64,000 nt of DNA from the human T2T-CHM13v2.0 reference genome, Homo sapiens, in NCBI RefSeq assembly GCF_009914755.1, contig NC_060932.1, one strand, 5' to 3'. Shown here one piece after another: positions 1 to 13,775 of this stretch. Within the stretch, counting starts at the first letter, position 1. Each line of letters opens with the position of its first letter. A program made the translations under genes and the position numbers. A model generated the notes under the pieces. That model was not told the origin of the DNA and made no database searches. It saw only the letters and a program-made list of their open reading frames with translations.

Positions 1-307
1 TCTTCATAAAACAAAAAGGAGAGGGAGAGATTTAATTCACACACAGTGAGGGAGACTATGGATAGATGGTGGCAGAGATTGGAGTGATATGTGAACAAGC
101 CAAATAATGCCAAAGGTTGTCAACAGCCGCCAGAAGCTGGACGAAGCTAGTAAGGATTCTCCCTTAGAGCCTTTGGAGGGAATGTGGCCCTGCTAACTCC
201 TTGATTTAGGACCCATGGTCTTTAGAACCATGAGATAGTAGGTTTCTATAGTTTTAAGCCACCAAGTTTGTGGTAATTTTTTATGGTAGAACTAGGAAAC
301 CAATACA
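1..307 (+). mobile_element. MLT1-family MaLR LTR, 3' part
   Basis: gcagagattggagtgat...gccaccaagtttgtggtaa..actaggaaaccaataca terminus. Confidence 0.8.
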
Positions 308-631
308 CTGGGTGAAGTGAATGTTAGAATTCTTTGTACTGTTTTGTGTTACTTTTCTATAAGGTGAAATTATATAAAAATAAAAAGTTTAAATACTATC
401 CAACAATATCTTCAGCTTTGCATGGAGACAGCTACGTAATCTGGTACCTTTCTCTCACAACCCTTAAAAAATCATTTTGTTCTATGTCCTATATTTAAAA
501 ATAATTTAAAATACTCCCTTCATGGCACTTAACAAAGACACATATTAATTGTCTGTGACATTGACCAAAGAATTAACTTCACAATTCTGGACAGTAAATT
601 TATACCATCTTCTTAAAAGAGTCAAACGCAT

Positions 632-968
632 TGCAATGATATGAATGTTTGCATTCCCTCCTAAATTCATAATAAAACTTAATCCCCAATGCAACAGTAT
701 CAAGAGGTAGAGATTTTAGGAGGTGAGTAGGCCATGAGAATTAGTGCCTTAAAAAAGGACTGGAGGGAACTAGCTAGGCCCCTTTCTGTCCCTCCTCCTT
801 CCACCACGTGAGAATGCAGCAACGTGGTGCCATCTTGGAAGCAGAGAGCAGCTCTCACCAGACACTTGATCATACAATTCCCAGCCTTCGTAATTGTAAA
901 AAAAAAATGTCTATTTATAAGTAATCCAGTCTCAGATATTTTTTTAATAGCAGGAATGGATTAAGACA
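632..968 (+). mobile_element. MST-family MaLR LTR
   Basis: tgaatgttt..aaacttaatccccaatgcaacagt..gccatcttggaagcagagagcag..taagaca. Confidence 0.75.
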
Positions 969-1050
969 ATTACATGTAAGAATTTGACCCATAATAAAAT
1001 TACTCATCACAAATAACTAATTTCAATATACTTTACTGATTAAAACTTAC

Positions 1051-1123
1051 CAATGGCTTTTCACTTACAGGAGATGGAGGTGGGGGGGCAGTTTCTCCAG
1101 AATTGGGTCGCCAGGTCAACAGC
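1051..1123 (-). CDS. ARFGEF1: ARFGEF1 exon 33 ([24 protein letters not shown])
   Basis: TTAAAG|G acceptor, TTG|GTAAGT donor, 73 nt. Confidence 0.93.
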
Positions 1124-1476
1124 CTTTAAGATACCAAAACCACGTCAATCACTAGGGGGCTGTGCCACATGCCACATCCAGCATATTTTGAAATGGGCCC
1201 AAGAAAGTAACAAGAACATACCAACTAAACAGTCCATCTTTGACCACTGCTAATTTTAGCAATTTCCTAAAAAACATCTAGTAAAAAGTTTAAAATATGT
1301 ACTTTTAGAAAAAAATTAAGTGGCATTTAATATAATTAAAAGGGTAATATGGTCACCAGTTTTGCATTAAAAGAACACTTTCTGATAAGTTTTAAAGATT
1401 TCAGACCTCCTTTCCCTAAGTATTAATATCAAATATTTTCCAAAGTAAGAGGCTTCTCAAAAAAAAAAAAAAATCA

Positions 1477-1781
<305 letters not shown>

Positions 1782-2241
1782 ACCTACCTCACTATAATTC
1801 CATTTCACACTCATCCCTTAGAGAAAGATGACAAGCTGTTATGAAATACGAAATATAGTATGTGTAAATACATTTTCCTTAGATTATTAAAAGATCAGTA
1901 ACAGAAACAGGCTGAGATTTTTTTTTTTCCAATTCAAAACCACTGCTTGGTTTGATCTGAATAAATAAAATCTTATAAAAGTCAGCAGAATCACTTCATT
2001 ATGTCCCAAATTTTGGTAACCAGACTAAAGGTTTTGGTTTATAAATAGTTTAATTTATGTATTTGTTATAGTTTATAGCAGTTTGGTTTGTAATAAATCT
2101 AAATCCATGTAAGAGTAAGACAAGCTTAAAAGGATTTCTGTTATGAGAAATCAGTAGTCACTATCAAACTTTTAATCACTAGTCACTCTCCAACTCATTC
2201 AATATACAAATATAAATGTAAAGTTGTATAAAATCTTCTTA

Positions 2242-2412
<171 letters not shown>

Positions 2413-2443
2413 TTACCAGGGTCACATTTAACACTTTGTGTCA

Positions 2444-2641
<198 letters not shown>

Positions 2642-2652
2642 CTACTATGATT

Positions 2653-2696
<44 letters not shown>
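2653..2696. repeat. poly(A)-(TA)n microsatellite
   Basis: Direct reading. Confidence 0.95.
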
Positions 2697-2698
<2 letters not shown>

Positions 2699-3377
2699 GT
2701 TTTCATATTAAAAATGGAAGGCTGTCAGTGTTCCTTTTAGACCCCTGAATTCCCTCTAGAACGTTATATTCACCTCAACTTAAAATCTGATATCTATTGC
2801 TCCTTATTATCCCATAACCACCTATGTATACAATAATTTAACCATTTTTGGCACTGCTTGTTTTGATTATTAAAAAAAACCATCACCGTATCATCTTGAT
2901 ACTAACATTATGATTTTTCGAAGTGCATGAATAGCAACGCCGGCCTTGCTCTAGAATATGACAGAACATGAAAGGGAAATAAAGAGGTAAGAATTTGTCC
3001 AAATGGGATTAGCATAGGTTTAAAATAAAAATGACTTTCCTGAAGTATGGTTATCTGAAAACACCATAAAAAAAGGGCTATACAACGTAAGTGTAATTTA
3101 TTTTTTTCAAGCCCATAAAAAATAATTGCAGAAGTCTGCATTTAATACTGCTGTATGGAACAAAAGGGGAAAATATGAAGCTCTCTTGACACATTTCCTA
3201 AAATGTATATTGTAACTGGTTCATAGTAAAATATGTTGAAATAAATAAAATTTACTTTGTATTCTTTACTCAATATAAAAAAGAAGTCACTATATAATAC
3301 TAAAGAAAGTTACTGATGTTTTATAGTTGTAACTATCAAAATGAGGAAAAGAAACGAAAAAGTCAGAAAAACACTGA

Positions 3378-3727
<350 letters not shown>

Positions 3728-3867
3728 AGTGTTCTTATTTATAAAGACATAGTATTACATTCTCATGCCTTAAAGAAAAATTTTCTAGGAATTCTTTTCT
3801 GTACTTAATTTGAAACACTAAAATGTATTGATTATAATACTGAGAATCTTTTAACTTGACTAAGCTA

Positions 3868-4074
<207 letters not shown>

Positions 4075-6140
4075 CTAAAATAGTTTTTAGAGTTCACAAA
4101 GCAGTTAAAAACAGAAAGCTTAAAACTAGTCTGAAATTAACACATGACACTGGGTTTTAAAAAATTTAAGTTGTAAGAACAACAGGTTCCTTTAGGATAC
4201 ATCATTCGGGAAAAAAAATCTCCAAAGGTCTTGGCTGTAAACTTTTTTATTTTACTTTTCCTTTACTCTTACCTCACCAATGCAGCATTTAAAAAACTGT
4301 AAATGGAATTACAAATTGAAAAGGATAACCGTTTGAGTGAATATTAATTTTGTGGCACTGTAGCCAAAAAAGAAAATACATATACAGCAGTCTAAGAACA
4401 AAACAAAAGTTAGATTTTGGAAAATCTTTTTCAAATGGGGATTTTTACCCAATACTAGAAGCCTTATTCATGCAACATCCCTAAACAAAAGGATTTACAA
4501 AAAAAAGCCACTAAGGCATAAGCTCCATGAGGGGAGGGGTCTGTGTTTATTTCTTGCTATATCCCAGGCACACAGCAGTGCTTATTGCCTGGGAGGCAAG
4601 CAATAAATATTTGCTGAATAAATTGCTTAGTATCAGATGGACTAGCTTTTGAGTAAGTGTTAAAACTGAAACTCAAAACTTCCGTCTTCATTCCTTACTG
4701 TTTCTTGAAATAATACTTTTATGTAACCATTAGACACTTTTAATCTTTTCTCTATTTGTTGCTTTTTCTGGGAAAATACAGGCATCCTCCAGTTTAGAAA
4801 TGGCTTATATTTCTAAAAGTTTGAGAGTAAAACAGAACAAAATTTTCTTTGAAAGGCTCTCATAAGGACTGGAACAGAGCTCAACTCATTTGCTGCTATG
4901 CTATCCCCAAACGTAGTAGATGGCTCATACACAGTAGGTTCTCAACAAGATTTTGTTAAAGGATTGGGTAAAATAACATTACAATACTTCAGGCCAACAG
5001 TAAGTCCACATTGGTCTATTTGATCCCTAAGATACCTAATGTGTAATACTAGCAGTGGTAAAGAAACCATAGTAAAGAAACTCCCGGGAAAGAAAGTCTT
5101 CCACAGGAGACGCCTGTCAGAGTTCCACCACTGATGCTAAACCCATAGTTCCCTCCTTGCAATGGAACAAGGCTCCCTCGTCCTCCATCTGCTGAGCTCC
5201 GTATCTATTCCCTTCCACTCCAAGTAACTGGATGCTGCCTCTCATGGCTGGGAGTAAGTGGATATGGGCAATCCTGTTTTTTCCAGGGCCCAAAGTAAAC
5301 ACAAAGATCAATCGTTTCCAAGGATTTTTACTGTGGAAAATGTCTTTTTTTCCTTTTCTTTTTTTTTTTTTTTAAAGCCATACTTAAGTAGTTGGTATAG
5401 GGAAAAATAATACAGTCATGTGCCACGTAAGGACATTTCAGTCAACAATGAACTGCATATAAGACAGTGGTCCCCTAAGATTATAATAGAGCTATAAAGT
5501 TCCAATTGTCTTGTGACATTGTAGTTGAGGCTTTCACTGATTGTAGGGCAACACTTTACTCACATGTTTATGGTGATACTGGTGTAAACAAACCTACTGC
5601 ACTGCCAGTCGTATAATGATAAACAATTATGTTAACAATTAATGTATTTACTATACTGCACCTCTCATCATTATTTGCTAGTGTACTCCTTATACTTACA
5701 AATTTTTAAAAAGTTAATTGGAAAACAGCCTCAAGCAGGTCCTTCAGTAGGTATTCAGGAAGAAGTCATTGTTATCATAGGAGATGACAGCTCCATATGT
5801 GTTACTTCCCCCTGAAGACCTTCCAATGGCGTAAGATGTGGGGATGGAAGACAGTGACACTGATGATCCTGACCCTGTGTAGGCCTAGGTTAATGTGTGT
5901 GTCTATGTCTTAGTTTTTAACAAAAAAGTCTAAAAAGTAAAAAATAAAAATAGAAATAGAAAAAAGCTTATAGAATAAGGATATAAAGAAAATACTTTTA
6001 TATAGCTGTACAATGTGTTTTAAGCTAAGTGTTAATATAAGAGTCAAGTTTTTTAAAATTTTAAAAATTATAAAGCAAAAAAGTTACAGTAGGCTATGGT
6101 TAATTTTTTACTGCAGAAAAATATCTTCTCATAAATTTAA

Positions 6141-7347
<1,207 letters not shown>

Positions 7348-7676
7348 GTTTAGATATGTTTAGATACACAAACACCACCGTATTAACAGCTGCCTACAGT
7401 ACAGTAACATGCTGTGCAGGTTGTACCCAAGGAGCAATAGGCTATGCCATCTAGATTTGTGTAAGTACATGCTATGATGTTCACACAATGCTGAAATTGC
7501 CTACTAATGCATTGCAGAGAACATGCTCCTGTCATTAAATGATGCCTGACTATATTTGGGACTTTAATTTTCGGTATTTATCCCCAAATCTAGAGAATTT
7601 TGGAAGAATTAAGTAAGAATGCACACAAGAAATTCTTTCTACACAGTGTTATACCAATTATAGTGCTGCACTATTT

Positions 7677-7949
7677 GTTGTTGTTAAAGACAGAGAGTCT
7701 CAATTTGTTGCCTAGGCTGGAGTACAGTGGTGTGATCAGGGCTCACCATAGCCCCAACCTCCTGTGCTTAGGCAATCCCGCCTCAGCCTCATGAGCAGCA
7801 GGAACTAGAGGCATGACCACCATGCCTAGTTAACTTTTTGTTCAAAGAGATGGGGTCTCACTATGTTGCCTAGGTTGGTTTCAAACAATCCTCCCACCTT
7901 GACATCCCAAAGTGCTGGGATTACAGATGTGAGCCATGGCATCCGGCCC
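7677..7949 (-). mobile_element. AluJ (diverged)
   Basis: Alu consensus with tatgttgcctaggttgg. Confidence 0.85.
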
Positions 7950-9362
7950 ACATTTTAAGATGGAAGCTAAATAGCAACCCATACATATCCTGGGATGAGG
8001 TAGGAAAATCAAAGGCCATCACTGAACAAAGTTTACTGATCTTTTCTCTCTCCTTTACTAACTAGAACACACACAACCTCTTTAACAACTGGAATCTACC
8101 CATAATCTGAACATGGAATATGGTGAGAAATAAGGTATCACAGTGCCAAGCAACAGAAGGCTAAGAAAGCAGGTGGATCCTCCATCAAACAGACTTCTAC
8201 AAATAAATAAAGGGTGAGGGGAGAGGGTGCTGAGTTTTCATGACCTGCTAGTCATGATATGTCAGCCGCTCCACTGAGGCAGGTGGACAGCTGAAATGGG
8301 GCTATCTTGAATTTTAACAAGTTCCTAACAGGTCCACTGATAAACAATCCACCATGTCTAAATATAAAATAAAATGTTTTTCTATAGTGCTCTCATAATT
8401 AAAATCCCTAAGGGTTAAGTCCTATTTTGATTATCTATTTCATACGAATTTCTGTTGTAACAAATAATACTATAAAAATGAAAAATTTCTTGGGATATAA
8501 GTCAAATTTAACCTTGGTGGGGGATGGGGGTGGTTCTGGCATAAGGTGAGAAAAGAGAGATTCATTCTGTGCTACCTTTAGAAATTCAAAAAATTCGATA
8601 AAGTTACACATCCAAATAACAGAAGATTCTTCCAAATAAGATGGAAAGATTCCTAAAAGATTTTGTTTACCATAAAATTGAACTCACGGTGGGTTTAGAG
8701 GTTGACAGATATTAGGACACACAAGCTGGCCATTTCAATGTGGCAAAGTACAGGGTAAAAAAACTACTATGGGAATCATGTGAGCCGTGACCTAAGAACA
8801 GTGTGTTAGCATTTGGCCAGTTACATAATACCCATAATAGTTCCTTTACAGATTGACTATATGTTCATAATGATCTTTTATTGGCAATATACTTTTGAAA
8901 GAGTTCTATTTGAATAGCTCTATATTATTCCAAACTATGTTACTGACCAGGTTACAAAAAGAAATGGTTCTTCACCTAAAACCCAGCAAGGATGTGCAGT
9001 TAAAAATTCTTCTATCATTCATCAGGAAATAAAATAAATTTTGCCACTAACTTCAACTTATTATTGGAAACAAATATATGAAAAGACGGAATGTTTAAAG
9101 GATTAAATTAACTTAGAAGCTAAAATCAAATGGAGGCTATAATCAAATATTTTAAAAATAATGTAGTATTTCCATTTTTATTTTGCTCTAGTTAATATTT
9201 TTAAATCATATTAACATATTTTAAAATATACCTAATAATTAATATATTTGACAAAACACTTGATTTTATGGTCTTTAACTGTGAGATTGTGTTTATAAAG
9301 AAGAGTTAATTTGATTAAAGTCAAAATAAATCCAAAATTTTAATTACAAATATAGATTGTTA

Positions 9363-9545
<183 letters not shown>

Positions 9546-10097
9546 TCAGTATACTAACTTCTCAAAAAATAATTTAAATGCTTCACAAATAACCAGTGAG
9601 CAATTTAATAAAAAATAATTTATAAAAAATGGACACTATAACTGCCTACAATTTTAGTATATGTGCCACTGAAATAGGCAAAACATAACTGCCTATAAAG
9701 AGCTCTGGACTAGAATCCAAAAGTTAGCTTCACTTTCAACTGTCACCAGCTTTCTGCATTATTAGCCAGGTTAATTCAGGTTTCCATTTTTATCACTTAA
9801 ATGGTTATGATACCAGACAGCCACATTAACCACACTGGTGAAGTATGAAGGTGAAATGAGTTGACGTATCTAAAAAGTACCAAGCACCTGATCGGTCCAT
9901 GGTAGTACGGAATAAAATCTTATTACCAAATCTACGATACATCACTTTCTCTTATGACAGTTACAAAGATAGATTCAAATATACAAGTTAAATATGGCAG
10001 CTAGATTTTCAATTCAACCTTTTACTTTAGAGCTTAAGCCTATTCTCATCCATAGTCAGTCAGCTTCAGTATTACACAGCACAGACAGACAAGATGC

Positions 10098-10325
10098 ACT
10101 GTAGGGAATGGTTAGAAACACAGGCTGGGGCTCAAACCCTAGTTCTACTTTACTAGCCCTGAAACTATGGGCACATTTTAAAATTTCTCTGTGCCTCAGT
10201 TTCTTTGTCTGTATGGGGCTATAACACTATCTACCCCATAAAGCCATTAGAAGATTAAACAAGTTAATACAAGTTAATGAAAAACACTCAGAAAAATACC
10301 TGACACTTTCAATAATGGTTAGTTA
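10098..10325 (+). mobile_element. MIR
   Basis: ctctgtgcctcagtttc core. Confidence 0.75.
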
Positions 10326-10480
10326 TAATCACTAACCATCCTAACTTGGAATCAGGCTGCTCAGATTATTTTTCAAATTACTGAAAAATAAATGCTTCAT
10401 ATACCCTCAATTCCCAAACAAACTTAAGATTTCAAATTGGAAAGAATACTCTGCAAAATTTTGTTTACTAAATGACGCTA

Positions 10481-10666
<186 letters not shown>

Positions 10667-10834
10667 TTACTATAATTTTTCAATTATTCTTAGCTGTACC
10701 AAAAATACACCAACATCTAGATGTAATGCACTTCCTCTTAAAGGTTGTTACAGGTTCTGACATCCAACAGATACGAAGTTCAAGACTATCTTTACCACTT
10801 AACTGACTGCCCTGAGTGGTGAGAATAGTAAAAC

Positions 10835-11440
10835 TTGTCTGTTTTGTTTACATTATAAACATAGCACCTAATACAGTGACTGGTACACGGTAGGTACTGA
10901 TTCAACTTTGGTTGAATGAATATACAAAATTACTTAACCTCTCTGTATCTCGGTTTCTTGATATAAAATGGAAATAATAATAATATACACAGATAGCTGT
11001 AAGCACTACGTAAAATAATATAAGTGAAGTGCTTAGTGTAATACTTAAGCAAGCACGCAATAAATGATAGCTATGATGATGCCATGATTCTTGATGTTGA
11101 TGGTCATCATTGTCATCTTCCATATAGGCTTAACTTATAATCTTAGTATTTCAGTCAGTCCCCCTTGAACTTAAGGGGACTCCTCCTTGAAGAAGGCTGT
11201 GCAATGTACTTACTGGTCAAAAATAAAGGCTTTGCTTTAATACTCCATGGGTCTCAAGACCATCTCCATCACTAGTTCTGTGACCTTACATAGACTGCTT
11301 AACCTTTCTGGGGCTGAGTTTCCTAATCTATTTTGAAAAAAGGGATGGACAATAATGTTTAACTGTGAAGATTAAAGAAATTACGTGAAAAGTGCACACA
11401 GTATTTGCCATATGGTAAATACTCAATAAATGTTAACTAT
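10835..11440 (+). mobile_element. L2 3' end plus two MIR fragments
   Basis: tagcacctaatacagtg..gttgaatgaat; cttaacctctctg..gtttc..taaaatgg; actcaataaatgtt. Confidence 0.6.
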
Positions 11441-11597
11441 AATAGTAATTTAATTGTTTTTATTTACTCTGGTTCTGTAGACAAAGCTTGGTAAACTTAA
11501 AGGCCATAATCTTATTGTTACTTGAATCATCTTCTGAACACGTTAAGGTTGCTTTTTTTTTTTCCTTTTACTTGAACACAGCTAAGAGAATACTCAC

Positions 11598-11770
11598 TGA
11601 CAATGTGCCCGGTTGTTTGGAATGCAAGTTCCACTATGCTTTCATCTTGATCAGATGCAGCTAGATGAAATACAGAGAAAATGTTCTTCCATCCAGATCG
11701 AATGTTAGCAGCTTGAGAATTAACCATCTGTGCTATACACCGTACAACCATATCTCGAATTGTTGGAGAC
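11598..11770 (-). CDS. ARFGEF1: ARFGEF1 exon 27 ([34 protein letters not shown]...GHIV)
   Basis: TTTAG|G acceptor, TCA|GTGAGT donor, 173 nt. Confidence 0.97.
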
Positions 11771-11894
11771 CTAAAAATATTAATATAATTGCTTGGATAT
11801 GCAAACCGATAAAACTCATCAGTTTTTCCCCCTTTCTTCTGTTTTTCTCCCTGCTGTGGAAAACAACAAGATTTTCCTTCTATTAAGCAATTCA

Positions 11895-12086
<192 letters not shown>

Positions 12087-12414
12087 CTAATTAATATCAG
12101 CAGTAAAAATCTACAATTCTTTATTTTTTGTTTTAGAAAAAGTATAGAATAGCATAGATAGGTAAATCCTAAGATTTTCCATAAAGGCATTAAGTATGCT
12201 AAAACTATTTCTCAACAAGAAAAACAGATATTTTAAATCAAATTCTTAAAGCCCAGAGCAATCATTTCTAAAAAGAAAAACACCATTCACAGGGTTTTCT
12301 AATTTAATATTAAAAAGTAATAAATAATTGCTTGGAAGGGAAAAAGGCTCAATTTGATTACAAGGACATTCTAAACAAAAAATATACTACAAATGTAAAC
12401 AAACACCATAGTTA

Positions 12415-12639
<225 letters not shown>

Positions 12640-12684
12640 TTAGCCCCAAGCCAGTTCCGAAGTAGAATAAATGCCCATACTTAC

Positions 12685-12725
12685 CAATGGCATTTCCATC
12701 TAGCCTTGTAGATCCTGTGAATATT
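12685..12725 (-). CDS. ARFGEF1: ARFGEF1 exon 24 (IFTGSTRLDGNAI), 41-nt small exon
   Basis: CTAG|A acceptor, TTG|GTAAGT donor; phase fits both neighbours. Confidence 0.95.
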
Positions 12726-13589
12726 CTAGGGAAAATAAAACACAATTTAAAAAATTTATAAGTTACTGTTCTTATTCCAATTGAAAAGTATGTGGCATGG
12801 GGTACTAGCTATTTTTATGTTTTAAGGGAACAAAAAATTGGGTATTCAAATGAGTATTTTTCATCATTTAGTTTAGTAACAAGTGTAGTCTGGATGTTTC
12901 TCCCTCCCCTCCACCTCTACTCCATGTGAACCAGTTTACATTCAATATTATTATTAGGGTAAGTATATACTGCTGTAATTTTATCAGATTTACAAACCCC
13001 GGATAGATATGAGATTCTAAGAATAAGAAAAATATTAATTTGTAAAACTAATAATTGGCACACTACAGATTCTTTCCTGATTATTGTCTAGCATTAAGCA
13101 AGTTCTTAAAATGAAAAATTTGACGTATTTTTACCAGTAAAGTATATTTGATTAGAAAGTTCATTTACACTAAAAGTGACTTAATATAACCTTGCAAATA
13201 GTCTCAGTTTACCCAAGAATTGGCCAAACCACTTTCCTTAGGGCATTCAAATGTTTGGAGTTAAGCTAACACTGCCCAGCTTTGCCCATTCTTCTTTGCT
13301 GAGCTCTTTTTTTGTTTCAAAGTTTCATAAAAAATTTCAGCATAAACACATTAGTCCTCCTTTTTTAAAGTCTGCATTTTAACCCATATTCTGGGTTTGC
13401 AACCAAGAGTTTGACGTCACTTTCAAGAAGGATGACATTCCTCAACTTAGAATGCACAAAATAGGATTTGCATGATAAAAAGGAAAACTTTAAAGGCAGG
13501 AGCAGGTCACAGTAGTCATAGCAGTAACAGTAATAGCTACCAATCACAAGATGGGTTCTTTTCTAGTGTAATATCAATATTCACTCATT

Positions 13590-13775
13590 TGATAATCACA
13601 AATTCCTTATGAAGCATGTACTATTAAATCCCCAATTTTATAAACACAGAAACTGAGGCACAAAGATATTTAATAACTTCCTCTAAGTCACAGAACTAGT
13701 AAGTGCTAGAGCCAAGATTCAAACCAGGACAGGGTGATTACAGTCTATCCTATTAACCACTTTTCTATACTGCCT
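13590..13775 (-). mobile_element. MIR
   Basis: gaaactgaggcaca..aagtcacagaactagtaagtg..gattcaaacca. Confidence 0.75.
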
